Shown: piece by piece, positions 18,628-28,793 of the stretch
How the letters are laid out: each line of letters begins with the position of its first letter
How positions within the stretch are numbered: the first letter of the stretch is position 1
Source: Bacteroidetes bacterium HGW-Bacteroidetes-14
GTDB lineage: Bacteria > Bacteroidota > Bacteroidia > Bacteroidales > UBA932
Assembly: GCA_002842655.1 (NCBI GenBank)
Contig: PHDP01000001.1
Span: 1,247 to 65,246, forward strand
Length of the DNA: 64,000 nucleotides
Direction: 5' to 3'
Position numbers and translations under genes: made by a program
Notes under the pieces: model-generated
Databases searched by the model: none
What the model was told of the DNA's origin: nothing
What the model saw: the letters and a program-made list of their open reading frames with translations, nothing else

Positions 18628-20805
18628 TTATTTAGCGAATGTCATTTCGTTAATGAGGTGGGTGGCTCCTGCATATTTGTCGATTACCCAGAGTACATAA
18701 CGGATATCTACATTTACGCATTTGTTGTAACCCTCTACAAAGTAGGCGTCGCCTGCCATTGATTCGCGGTTACCGTCAAATGCAAGACCTATAAGTTCAC
18801 CCTTGCCGTTAAGGACAGCACTGCCGGAGTTTCCGCCTGTGATATCGTTATCTGACATAAAGTTTACATAAAGTTTGCCCTTTTCGCCCCAGCGGCCCCA
18901 GTCACCTGCTCTCAGAAGTTTTTCGTACTGAGGTTTGAGTGTGAATTCGTAGTTAGTTGGATCCATCTTCTCCAGAATACCCTGGGTTGTGGTTCTGTAG
19001 TCATAGTAAACAGCATCCTTTGCGTTGATGCCGCTTACCTCACCAAATGTAAGTCTCATTGTTGAGTTTGCATCAGGATATACATTTTCTCCAAGTTCAC
19101 GCTTCATCTCATACATTGCATTTGTATAGGATGTCTTAAGAGCACTCATGTCTACAGATGCCTTTTTAAGGATTTCATCCTCTTCCCTGTTGTACTCTCT
19201 TATGCCTGTTGATTTCACTATAATGATAATTGGGTCTGCAAGCAGTTCGTTTACACTTCTTGCCTGGCTGAAGAAATTATCGAGCCTTGATTCATCTGTG
19301 AGGACACTGTTGTCATATACAAAATCTGCAAGTTTGTCTGTATTACCTCCGCATTTTGCAAGCAGCTCAGCAAAATCCTTCTCCTGATAAGAGGCGGGAA
19401 CCTCTTTTACATAGTAGCGAAGCATAACTTTGAAGAGCTCTCTGTCTGCATTCACATCACTCTCTTCAAACAATTTTTTGGCTACCTTCTTATAGAAGAA
19501 TACTACGTTGCTGTCTGAAGGGAAAATTGAATCTTTTCCGGCCCTTTGCACATTCATTACAAGAGAATTAAAACGCTGCCCAATACCTGTGAACTCAGCA
19601 CCTCTTACCATAGATTCGCGGAAATACTCCTTGATTCTGGTAATACTCTCAATTTGCTTATAACCATTAGCCAGATCTTCAAGAACGTTGCCGTATTTAG
19701 CTTTTCTCTCCGGGTTTGAATTAATCCACTGAGCAAGACGGGCCTCATTTGCCTCAAGCTGTGCAATAATCCCGAAACGGTTGATACAGATGTTCTCCCA
19801 TTTTGCATAGTCGGTATAGTTGCTAATTCCAAAGTACTTGTCTGCATATTTAAGGCGGATAGCATCTGAACTCTCCATGTATTTTTTCCATACATCAAGT
19901 TTTGCCCTTCTCACACCGCTCACAACAGGATTGAGAATTGAATACTTCTCCCTGAGCTCGAATGATGAAGTATATCTGTTTGTTCTGCCCGGGTATCCGA
20001 GAATCATTGTATAATCATTCTCTTTTACACCTTTAGCAGAAATTGTCAGATATCTCTTTGCCTTAAGCGGAACATTCTTTTCTGAATATGCACCTGGTTT
20101 TCCGTCAGGAGCCGAGTAGACACGATACATAGCAAAGTCACCTTTATGCTGAGGCCATCCCCAGTTGTCGGTTTCCCCGCCGTAAGCACCTATTGAAACC
20201 GGAGGAGCACCCACAAGGCGTACATCTGAGTATGTCTCGTAGAAATACATATAGTACTTCTCTCCGCGCCACATAGATGAAAGACCAACCTCATATCCGG
20301 ACGACTTGTATTTGTCCTCCAGAACTCCTGAAACTTTCCTCATAAAGAAAATTCCCTTTGGTCCCTGCTTGGCAAGGCTGTCCATTACAAACTTTGTCTC
20401 TTCAGTTACATCAAGAACCCTTCTGAGGAATGTAACACTCTTCCCTTTGATGGGAATCTCCTTGTCCATACTCATGGCCCAGAATCCATTCTCCAGATAG
20501 TTATTTTCGGGTGTGCTCAAGGCATGAACATCGCCATATGCACAGTGGTGATTTGTAATCATTAGCCCCTGCGGTGAGATGATGCTTCCGCTACAGCTGC
20601 CGCCGTCAATTGCTATGATTGCATCTGAAAGTGCACCGCCTTTGTCGTTGTAGATTTCTGCCTGATCCATTTTAAGCCCCTTACTCTTCATGAGCTGATA
20701 GAGCTGTTTGTCAAGCATATTCACAAGCCACATCCCCTCATCTGCTATTGCGCATGTGAATGTGAGAACCAATGCCCCTGTTAGGGCAATTATTTTTTTT
20801 GTCAT
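18628..20805 (-). CDS. S46 family dipeptidyl peptidase (DPP7-like)
   Basis: ADEGMW, TNHHC (His), HKGDF (Asp), DITGGNSGS (Ser); AFDGN has Gly at the specificity position (DPP7-type; DPP11 has Arg). Confidence 0.92.
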   Translation of the reverse strand: MTKKIIALTGALVLTFTCAIADEGMWLVNMLDKQLYQLMKSKGLKMDQAEIYNDKGGALSDAIIAIDGGSCSGSIISPQGLMITNHHCAYGDVHALSTPENNYLENGFWAMSMDKEIPIKGKSVTFLRRVLDVTEETKFVMDSLAKQGPKGIFFMRKVSGVLEDKYKSSGYEVGLSSMWRGEKYYMYFYETYSDVRLVGAPPVSIGAYGGETDNWGWPQHKGDFAMYRVYSAPDGKPGAYSEKNVPLKAKRYLTISAKGVKENDYTMILGYPGRTNRYTSSFELREKYSILNPVVSGVRRAKLDVWKKYMESSDAIRLKYADKYFGISNYTDYAKWENICINRFGIIAQLEANEARLAQWINSNPERKAKYGNVLEDLANGYKQIESITRIKEYFRESMVRGAEFTGIGQRFNSLVMNVQRAGKDSIFPSDSNVVFFYKKVAKKLFEESDVNADRELFKVMLRYYVKEVPASYQEKDFAELLAKCGGNTDKLADFVYDNSVLTDESRLDNFFSQARSVNELLADPIIIIVKSTGIREYNREEDEILKKASVDMSALKTSYTNAMYEMKRELGENVYPDANSTMRLTFGEVSGINAKDAVYYDYRTTTQGILEKMDPTNYEFTLKPQYEKLLRAGDWGRWGEKGKLYVNFMSDNDITGGNSGSAVLNGKGELIGLAFDGNRESMAGDAYFVEGYNKCVNVDIRYVLWVIDKYAGATHLINEMTFAK

Positions 20806-20823
20806 CGATTTTTCTTTAAATAA

Positions 20824-22425
20824 TTAAAAGTTCATGCCCACATTTACCGAAATCATTGAACGGGTTGCTCCGGGAAGAACAACACCCTGAATTCCTGTAA
20901 GCAGATCATTGGTTGTAAAGAGGTGTCTGTAGTTTGCACCTATGTATGCAACCATTCCTTTGTCAGGATTAACAATATGGCTGAATTTGAACCCTCCGCC
21001 CACAGAATACCTCTCTGCGGTGTTGTACTTAAAGTCATAATTCAGGATATTGTTGTTTAGCTTAAGAGCACCGGTTGTCATAGGATTTTCAGAATCCATC
21101 ATTGTACCTTTACCAGAAATGTAAGCTCCGTTGAGATTCAGGTCAAGCAAAGATTTACCGGCAAAAATGAAGTTCTTTTCAATTTTTGCATAAACCTCTG
21201 TATTACTGTAATCCTGGTGATAAGTAGCCGGATAAATCTTGAAATCCTTTTCTACCTGACGAAGAGTTCCGCCCAGGGTAAACACCCATGAACAGTTCCA
21301 GTCATCGCGGCGTACATATGCTTTGTACTCTGCTCCATACTGACGCTTTTGCTGCATATAGCGGAGAGTTTTGCCATATTCATTCCATGCCCACGAGTTG
21401 ATTTCATCCGGAATCTGCTCATAAACATTGTCAATTGTATAAGAAAACTTCTCGTCGTTAATGAATGAGAGAGCAACATTGTGATCCATCTTTGAGCCCT
21501 TGAAAAGGAAGTCACCTCTGTAGTTATACTTTAGCCCCTCTACAAATGCATATCTTTTGGTAAGATTTGTCTCTTCATAATCATCCTCAGTATTATAGTC
21601 AACCTTAAGCTGATTAAAGAAACTTATGTTTCTGTTCTTGAACTGAAGCTGCAAAGCTCCACCGTAAACATTTTCATAATATGCCCTGCGCAGAAGAGTT
21701 GTTGAGGTAATACCCTCCCTGGTGTAGAACCAGAGGCCCTCCATATAGTAAATATGCTTTCCGGTAACATCACCAATATAGTCGTAGTCTACATCCTCAA
21801 CATTACGCTGGTATGCAAGATTCAATCCTGCTGTAAAATGGCCGTTTTTGTAGGTAATACCGGGAGCGGCATTAAGCCTTGACACCACATTTTTGTTACG
21901 TCCGTCCACCCTTTTGGCAGCAGTAGCGGTTGTGTAATCAAATGCAGCACCCAAAGCAAAATAATCATTCAGAGCATATCCTGCCTTTCCCTTAAGGTTG
22001 TAAGATTCATGCAGAACCTTTCCCGGTATTGAATCCAGTATGGGATTAAGGGTAGTATTTTCATTATAGGTACCCAGCCATGCCTGATTTTGTTTAATAC
22101 CATATTCGTAGTTGAATGATCCGTAAAAGAATACTTTCTTAGTTTTTACATAAGACTCTGTCTTTAACCCAAAGGTATTGGCAGATTCCGCTTCGTTAAA
22201 GTTTCTGAAACCTCCGTTACTGTTGCCCCAGTAGGCTCCAACAGTTGCGAAGTTTAGTGACTGGTTTGAAACCAGGCCTGCTGCATTGTCTGAATTTAAC
22301 CATGGGAATCTCTTCTCCATTCTTTCGAATGTATAGAGACACTTCTCTGACCTCTTTTGGGCCGGAAGTACAGAACTCTGCAGACAGATTGTCAAAAATG
22401 CTGTTATGTATAATATTTTTTTCAT
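20824..22425 (-). CDS. DUF6850-like outer-membrane beta-barrel protein
   Basis: Signal peptide; W..S.NAAGL N-terminal motif; amphipathic beta strands; C-terminal Phe (VGMNF); position after a DUF4876 gene. Confidence 0.72.
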   Translation of the reverse strand: MKKILYITAFLTICLQSSVLPAQKRSEKCLYTFERMEKRFPWLNSDNAAGLVSNQSLNFATVGAYWGNSNGGFRNFNEAESANTFGLKTESYVKTKKVFFYGSFNYEYGIKQNQAWLGTYNENTTLNPILDSIPGKVLHESYNLKGKAGYALNDYFALGAAFDYTTATAAKRVDGRNKNVVSRLNAAPGITYKNGHFTAGLNLAYQRNVEDVDYDYIGDVTGKHIYYMEGLWFYTREGITSTTLLRRAYYENVYGGALQLQFKNRNISFFNQLKVDYNTEDDYEETNLTKRYAFVEGLKYNYRGDFLFKGSKMDHNVALSFINDEKFSYTIDNVYEQIPDEINSWAWNEYGKTLRYMQQKRQYGAEYKAYVRRDDWNCSWVFTLGGTLRQVEKDFKIYPATYHQDYSNTEVYAKIEKNFIFAGKSLLDLNLNGAYISGKGTMMDSENPMTTGALKLNNNILNYDFKYNTAERYSVGGGFKFSHIVNPDKGMVAYIGANYRHLFTTNDLLTGIQGVVLPGATRSMISVNVGMNF

Positions 22426-22440
22426 CTCTGTTCAATAGCT

Positions 22441-23679
22441 TTAGTTTGCCAGTGAGGCTTTTGTTCTCATCTCGAAATCATTCGTAGAATTGTTTGTATC
22501 CATGTAGACAATACGTCCGCCTGCAGCAGCAGTTGCAACAGGATCAACTTTCCTGTGTACGCTCTGGCCGGTGCCCGAACCCTCTGTCATTGCAAAGCCG
22601 TTGTCAATTTCAGGCCTTAACCTCTTTGAGTCGGTTGTGCTTCTGAAGCACTCCACACCATCAATAACAAGGTTTTTATCAACCATTAGACAGTCAAAGC
22701 TTCTGTTTGTGGCATAACCAGGATTCCATGTATATGTATCGGTTACAAACTTGGCCGGAGTTTTTCCGCCCATTGAATAAATGAAAACAGCAGGGCTGCT
22801 CATTGAAAGAGAATATTGTGTTGCTGTGCCCACTTTCCAGTATCCCTTCATAAGGTTAACACCAGGCTGAGGTGTTGATTGTCCTTTTGTAAGAATTGGA
22901 TCGTAGAGTGCCCAGTAACCGGCAACACCAAGATTTACAGAAGTAGGTGCAGTAACGGTGTGGTCTATACCGTTAAGTGAAAGAACTACCTGCTCACCGG
23001 GGTTAAGCGGATGTGTTTTTCCGGTACCTCCAAACATCCATCCGATAGATGAGTTTGGAACAGAATCTCTTAATTCTGTTGTTCCGGACTTAACCCAGTT
23101 TGAGGTTTTTCCGCTGGTAGGAGCGTTAAACGGATCGACCATACCTACACAGAGAGAATCCAGATAAGCTACTTTATCTGAGTTATTGTACAGAATTATG
23201 TACTTATCATTGGCATATGATTTTCCTGTAAGAGGATTCATACACCCACCATAGTATAGCTCTTTGATAATAACCTGGCCGGTTTTTGAGACATTCAAAG
23301 GAAGACCAACAGATACGGTTTTTGCATCTGAAGGAGTAACTCTTATTTTCGAAGAGGTTCCGTTGAAAATAAAGATAAATCCTTTGTCTTCATCTGTAAT
23401 CTTTGCATCAGTGGTTGCAACATAAGAACCGTGCGCTACTCTGATAGTGGCAACTCCGGCAGCATTTGTTGTACCGCTAAACTGCAGACCGGTTGAAGGA
23501 TCTGAAAGTTTAATAACCATTCCCTCCACGCTGTAGGTATATCCTGCAGGCATGGCAACGGTAACATTGATGGTAGAGCTTATAGCATCGTCTGTAAACT
23601 CAGACATCTTAAGGTCCTTCATGCATCCCGACATAGCAAGGGATAACATGAGTATCGTGAATATGAATATTTTTCTCAT
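22441..23679 (-). CDS. DUF4876 domain surface lipoprotein
   Basis: Lipobox MSGC; IIKELYYGGC, DKYIILYNNS..V.YLDSL, IDGVE and DTNNSTNDF motifs. Confidence 0.82.
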   Translation of the reverse strand: MRKIFIFTILMLSLAMSGCMKDLKMSEFTDDAISSTINVTVAMPAGYTYSVEGMVIKLSDPSTGLQFSGTTNAAGVATIRVAHGSYVATTDAKITDEDKGFIFIFNGTSSKIRVTPSDAKTVSVGLPLNVSKTGQVIIKELYYGGCMNPLTGKSYANDKYIILYNNSDKVAYLDSLCVGMVDPFNAPTSGKTSNWVKSGTTELRDSVPNSSIGWMFGGTGKTHPLNPGEQVVLSLNGIDHTVTAPTSVNLGVAGYWALYDPILTKGQSTPQPGVNLMKGYWKVGTATQYSLSMSSPAVFIYSMGGKTPAKFVTDTYTWNPGYATNRSFDCLMVDKNLVIDGVECFRSTTDSKRLRPEIDNGFAMTEGSGTGQSVHRKVDPVATAAAGGRIVYMDTNNSTNDFEMRTKASLAN

Positions 23680-23690
23680 TGTGTTCCCGT

Positions 23691-26543
23691 TTAGAAGGTT
23701 AATTTAAGTTCTGCTCCAAAGTAGATCTCTGTGTTCATTCTTGCACCAACTGCATTCGGCCTTGCAATATTTTTCATAAGAGGCCTTGAATTTGTAAAGT
23801 TGTTTGCATAGAACGAGAGTGCTGCATAATTGCCAATCTCCTTTGTGATTCTGAGGTTCGCCATAACACGAGGTCTGTAGCCGCTCTCAAGGAAATAATA
23901 TGACTTGTCCGAAGAGAGAATAAGAAGAGCAAGTCTTCTTCTCAAATCTTCATTAGTGGTTGTATAATAATCACTGAATGGCTTAACATTACCATCAAGA
24001 TCCATGTAGAAATCAGGATTTCTGTACAGAATCTCTGTATTGTTCTGTTTATCGAAGTTACCATATACCGGTTTGCCTTCCGAATCAAGTTTATAGATTC
24101 TATCCTTGTCGTAAGTATTAGTGGTATTGTCCTTCCAGATAATCTGGGTTATGAGTGATACAACCATTCTTATTGCAGGAATGTTAGTCACAAGATTAAT
24201 ATTTGTTGAGAAACGCTCAGCTCCGGATCCGACTCCAAGTCCGCCTGAAGTTGACTTGTAGATACCTGAATAAGGAAGTTTCAGTTTTGGGTCAATCGGG
24301 TCTGTCTTGATCTGATAATGGTACTCAAGACCCTCAGTAATATTCTCCTGTCTGATATAAGCACCGCTAAGAATAACAGATGTATTCAGAGACTTGATTT
24401 TACCAAAGTCAATGTCATACTCAATACCCCACTTGTCTGTGCGGCTTCTGTTATCTGTGCGTGCATTGCCCTTGAACTCCCTGCTGGTTGTATAGCCAAG
24501 CTGAACATATTCGCCCAGTGAATTCTTGATCCATACTCTTCCGTTTTCATATTTTGGAGCAGCGTTAGGGTCTGTGACTGTATTGTAATAATCAAACGAC
24601 TGAGTCGAAATTCTCTTGTTCTCGGAGATACCATCTGAAAGCTTCTCATTAAAATATGTGAATTTTGCCTCAATACCCCTGATATCGAGGTCAAGTCCAA
24701 TCTCCATATTTCTTGTTCTGGTTGGCTTCAGGTTATAGTCGAGCATATCGTTTATCACATCTGTCTGAATAACTGCAAGAGACTCTCCTGTTGTAGCATT
24801 CCTGTAAAGGAAAAGAGCATTGTCGTTATATTTTGGAGCAGGATAGAGCAGACCTATAGAAGGAAGTCTCTGAAGAATACCCCAGCCGCCTCTTACAGCA
24901 ACCGATCTTACAAAACGGTCCCTTCTTGAACCAAGAATGTCATATTTTGCATTAAACCTTGGATCAACAGTAGGATTATAGTCATATCCCTCAATAATCA
25001 TTTTATTAAAACGGGCACCTGCACTCATTTCAAAAGAGCCCTTGCCAACAGGCATAGTAACTTTCTCTTCTGCAAAGATGCTCAGGTCGTTCATAAAAGG
25101 AATCTCCTTATAGCTTCTTTCGCGGAAATACTGAGGCTGGGCATCTATGTAGTATTCGCCTCTTCCGTTATTTCCCTTTGAGTTGAATTCAATACCAACA
25201 ATAGACTTCAGCAGAGTTTTGCCGATATTCTTATTGAGATTTCCGGTAACCTTTGCACTCATATATACAGGAATATCCTCACTGCGCAAATCAAACCTTT
25301 CAAGAGTGTTTGTGAAATAGCCAAGGCTGATTCCATCCAGTTTGGTATTTGTTGTAGGAAGAGGAAGTGAGCTGTTTACGGAATATTTCTGATACTTTTC
25401 GCTGCTCATATTTCCCGAAAAGTTATAGTTAAGAGAGGTTATCCACTTCTTGTTCAGCAGCCAGTTACCATAGATTGCAAGTGAAAGATTCTTATCCCTG
25501 CGTTTTGTAAAATCCTCTTTAGATACATCGGGGTCACTTGTAACACTGTTGCCTGTCATATAGCCGCTAAGTCTCACATTCAGTCTCAATGGAGTCTTAT
25601 CTGTATTGAAGGTGTTTGAATAGGTAAGTCCCAGAGTTGTTCTGTCAAAGATGCTCACCGGTGAGCGCCAGTCTGCAAATGCTCTGGCATAGTCAGCGTC
25701 AATGTTAAGATTACCTGCATTGTCACCCAGTCCGAATCCCTTACTCAGCGAGAAAGCCTTTGTCCTTGGATCTGCCTTGATTCGAACCTCGTAAGGAGTG
25801 CGTCCTGCCTTGGTTGTAACCAGGATTGCTCCCGAAGTTACATCGCCGTACTCTGCAGAGAGAACACCCTTAAGAACCTCAACTGACTCAATATTATCAG
25901 TTGAGAATTTTCTGAAGTCCATAGTGTTGATGAATGTCGTAGATGTAGCTGTGGAGATAGTTGCATCATTAGACACCCTTGAACCGTTAATCATAAGACC
26001 CACACCCCTTGCATTGTTATCTGCAGGGTCATTGACAGAGCGGATAGTAATTTCGTTTGATGAGGTAAGGTTTGGATTCGCAATTATAGCTCCCGGCATC
26101 AGTTGCATGATGTCTGAGAGGCTGGATGCCTGAACGTGCTGGATAGCCGCCTTCTCAATCCTTGAAGACGAGTTCATGCTTGATCCTGCTTTTGCGGTTA
26201 CCACCACATCTTCCAGTGTAAGGTTATCTTCCTTTAGCTGAACACGAAAGTTGGAGAAGCTTTTGTTAAGCGTAACAGGAATAGACATTTTCTGATACCC
26301 CAGGGAGGTCGCCTCCAGGGTGTAGCTTCCGGGAATTATTCCGGAGATTTTAAAGATACCCTTGTCATCTGAGAAACCCCAGACATTGAGCTCTTTAATT
26401 AACACTTGTGCGTAGGGAATAGTTTCTTCCGAGCCGTAGAGAGTCACTTTTCCCTCAAGTGAAACTCTCTCCTGAGCCGTTGCCCGGGAGAAATTTGCCA
26501 GCAGTCCTGCGGACAGTAGCAACATTGCCAAAAATTTTTTCAC
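23691..26543 (-). CDS. TonB-dependent receptor (non-SusC type, N-terminal carboxypeptidase-regulatory-like domain)
   Basis: GTG start; LEDVVVTA TonB-box region; plug motif IESVEVLKGVLSAEYGD.TSG; C-terminal YFGAELKLTF. Confidence 0.92.
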   Translation of the reverse strand: MKKFLAMLLLSAGLLANFSRATAQERVSLEGKVTLYGSEETIPYAQVLIKELNVWGFSDDKGIFKISGIIPGSYTLEATSLGYQKMSIPVTLNKSFSNFRVQLKEDNLTLEDVVVTAKAGSSMNSSSRIEKAAIQHVQASSLSDIMQLMPGAIIANPNLTSSNEITIRSVNDPADNNARGVGLMINGSRVSNDATISTATSTTFINTMDFRKFSTDNIESVEVLKGVLSAEYGDVTSGAILVTTKAGRTPYEVRIKADPRTKAFSLSKGFGLGDNAGNLNIDADYARAFADWRSPVSIFDRTTLGLTYSNTFNTDKTPLRLNVRLSGYMTGNSVTSDPDVSKEDFTKRRDKNLSLAIYGNWLLNKKWITSLNYNFSGNMSSEKYQKYSVNSSLPLPTTNTKLDGISLGYFTNTLERFDLRSEDIPVYMSAKVTGNLNKNIGKTLLKSIVGIEFNSKGNNGRGEYYIDAQPQYFRERSYKEIPFMNDLSIFAEEKVTMPVGKGSFEMSAGARFNKMIIEGYDYNPTVDPRFNAKYDILGSRRDRFVRSVAVRGGWGILQRLPSIGLLYPAPKYNDNALFLYRNATTGESLAVIQTDVINDMLDYNLKPTRTRNMEIGLDLDIRGIEAKFTYFNEKLSDGISENKRISTQSFDYYNTVTDPNAAPKYENGRVWIKNSLGEYVQLGYTTSREFKGNARTDNRSRTDKWGIEYDIDFGKIKSLNTSVILSGAYIRQENITEGLEYHYQIKTDPIDPKLKLPYSGIYKSTSGGLGVGSGAERFSTNINLVTNIPAIRMVVSLITQIIWKDNTTNTYDKDRIYKLDSEGKPVYGNFDKQNNTEILYRNPDFYMDLDGNVKPFSDYYTTTNEDLRRRLALLILSSDKSYYFLESGYRPRVMANLRITKEIGNYAALSFYANNFTNSRPLMKNIARPNAVGARMNTEIYFGAELKLTF

Positions 26544-26684
26544 AGTTTGGTTAATTTGGGTTAGTTAATAAAAAATATATTGATGGATTGAATTTCAACG
26601 ATTTCGCTTACAAATTGTTACTTCAAACCTCACAATCACCCCTCCAAAACACTCAAAAAACCTAGTCCAGTACTTGGACTCTCG

Positions 26685-26702
26685 CAAATTTAATTAAATT
26701 TG
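26685..26702. promoter_or_regulatory. Back-to-back -7 boxes (bidirectional promoter candidate)
   Basis: Perfect 18-bp palindrome CAAATTTAATTAAATTTG gives TAAATTTG on the minus strand (26692-26685) and the plus strand (26695-26702), between divergent operons. Confidence 0.65.
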
Positions 26703-26843
26703 TAACATATGCACTCCTGAACAGAAAAAATATTAAAAAGATAGCAGGGAACAGGATTTTTTCGGGTGTATTTTGGATTTTTCATGATTTATCTCCTGTG
26801 ATAAATAATAAATTGTTACATTTTACTAACTAACCCTTTAAAG

Positions 26844-28790
26844 ATGAAAAATTTAAAGAAAAACTGGTTCCGCCATCTGTTACAATGGGGAACACTTCTT
26901 GCTATCATCGTATTTCTGACGAAAATCGCCGGAAACGAGACAGCAGATCCCGAGGCATACTGCCCTCTGGGAGGACTCGAAACACTTGGATCCTACCTTG
27001 TTGCAGGTTCTATGGCCTGCAGCATGACAATGACCCAGATTATGATGGGCGTTGTTCTTGGAATAGGTGTTATTTTATTTAGCAAGCTGTTTTGCGGTTA
27101 TCTCTGCCCGTTGGGATGGGGCAGTGAGTACCTTGCAAAACTACGCAGCAAGATGAAAGTCAAGGAAATTGTGATTAAATCAGGAAGCATGGCAGATAAA
27201 GTTCTCCGCTTTTTCAAATATGCTCTCCTTTTCCTTGTTTTTTACTTCACAATTACCAGCTCAGAGCTCTTCTGCAAGAATTTTGACCCTTACTATGCTG
27301 CTGCAACAGGATTCCAGGGGGAACTAACCCTGTGGATGGCTGTTGTTGCCCTGGTACTGTTCATTTTCGGAAACTTCTTTATCAAGATGTTCTGGTGCAA
27401 GTACCTCTGCCCGCTGGGGGCAATCAGCAACATTTTCAAGTACACAATCACATTTGCCGTACTTGTTGCAATCTTCGCAATTATTAACCTGGCCGGCCTT
27501 TCAGTGTCGTGGATCTATCTCCTAACCGCCGCTTCACTGCTTGGTTATCTCTGGGAAGTAATTTATACAGATGCCAAAGTTTTCCCTCTTCTCAAGGTGA
27601 ACAGGAACACAGAGAAGTGCAACGACTGCGGTCTGTGTGCAAAGAAATGTCCTTACAGCATTGATGTGGACAAAGTTAAAACCGTTAAGCATGTTGACTG
27701 CACGCTTTGCGGAGAGTGTATTTCAAGCTGTAATAAAGATGCCCTTACATTCGGAAAGAAAAAATCATTCCGCTGGCTTCCTGCAATTCTGGCTGTTGCC
27801 CTCTTCATTGCCGCCTATCTCCTTGGCAGTGTATGGGAATTGCCTACAATTGACGAGAAATGGGGCGATGAGGCTAAACACGAACAGCTCGAAAAGGTGA
27901 GAGTGGAAGGTCTCCGTTCAGTTAAATGCTACGGAAGCTCAAAGGCATTCTCGGCCCAGCTTCAGAAAATTCCGGGAGTATACGGAGTGGCTACATTTGT
28001 TAAGCATTCAGTAGTTGATATCTACTACAGCCCTGCAGAAATCTCTCCTGAAAAGATTAAAGAGCTCATCTACACCCCTGCAAAATTCAAAATAGCAACT
28101 CCTCCGGCCGGTGCTCAAATAAAAGTAATTACCATTCGTACTGAGAAGATGTACGACAAGATGGATCCCAACTATCTTGGCCTGCAGTTCAGAAACGACA
28201 AGAAGGGCTATTATGGTATCGAAACTGAATATGCATGTCCTCTTATTGTAAGAATCTACATGGATGTAAATGAACCAATAGATGAGGAGTACATGGAAGA
28301 GAAGGTTGAGATGAAGGAGCTTGTTATGCCGGTACACGGTGGCGGAACCAACATCGTAAAGGTTGACTTCGAGTACATCAAGATGGACGAAGGTGTTGAC
28401 ACCATCTCCCGCAGAGAATTCCTTGAGCGTCAGTTCAACTTCTACTCAAAGAGGTATAAATCCAATGAAGAGAAGTGGGGCGGCAAAAATGAGGCAGTAT
28501 ACGAACTTGTATACGAAGACCTCGACAAACCGCTTATCACAAGAAACGTTCCTTATCTCTCGAGCCACCTTTCACTTATTGACGGGTTCCTTGGAATAGA
28601 GACTGTTATAAACGACAAGGAGGAGTACTGCTTCCGCATTACTTACTCTAAGGATGCACTCAACGACGATAAGATCTGGGCTGCCCTGACAATGCCACAA
28701 TGGACTATCAAGACCAAGGATGGCGAGCTGCAGACCAGTGATGCAAAATTTGCCTTTGAACAAAAAGGGGCAACTTTAGAAACCAAATAA
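26844..28790 (+). CDS. Membrane polyferredoxin (NapH/MauN-like, 2x[4Fe-4S]) with a C-terminal extracytoplasmic HMA-like region
   Basis: YCPLGG, FCGYLCPLG and WCKYLCPLG motifs in a multi-TM region; CNDCGLCAKKCP and CTLCGECISSC; last TM followed by VEGLRSVKCYGSS...IPGVYGV (HMA-like). Confidence 0.8.
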   Translation: MKNLKKNWFRHLLQWGTLLAIIVFLTKIAGNETADPEAYCPLGGLETLGSYLVAGSMACSMTMTQIMMGVVLGIGVILFSKLFCGYLCPLGWGSEYLAKLRSKMKVKEIVIKSGSMADKVLRFFKYALLFLVFYFTITSSELFCKNFDPYYAAATGFQGELTLWMAVVALVLFIFGNFFIKMFWCKYLCPLGAISNIFKYTITFAVLVAIFAIINLAGLSVSWIYLLTAASLLGYLWEVIYTDAKVFPLLKVNRNTEKCNDCGLCAKKCPYSIDVDKVKTVKHVDCTLCGECISSCNKDALTFGKKKSFRWLPAILAVALFIAAYLLGSVWELPTIDEKWGDEAKHEQLEKVRVEGLRSVKCYGSSKAFSAQLQKIPGVYGVATFVKHSVVDIYYSPAEISPEKIKELIYTPAKFKIATPPAGAQIKVITIRTEKMYDKMDPNYLGLQFRNDKKGYYGIETEYACPLIVRIYMDVNEPIDEEYMEEKVEMKELVMPVHGGGTNIVKVDFEYIKMDEGVDTISRREFLERQFNFYSKRYKSNEEKWGGKNEAVYELVYEDLDKPLITRNVPYLSSHLSLIDGFLGIETVINDKEEYCFRITYSKDALNDDKIWAALTMPQWTIKTKDGELQTSDAKFAFEQKGATLETK

Positions 28791-28793
28791 ACG

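Noticed and set aside
26544-26684. Possible cobalamin or TPP riboswitch ahead of the TonB-dependent receptor
   Set aside because: No recognisable B12-box or TPP core motifs; the leader is short and AT-rich.
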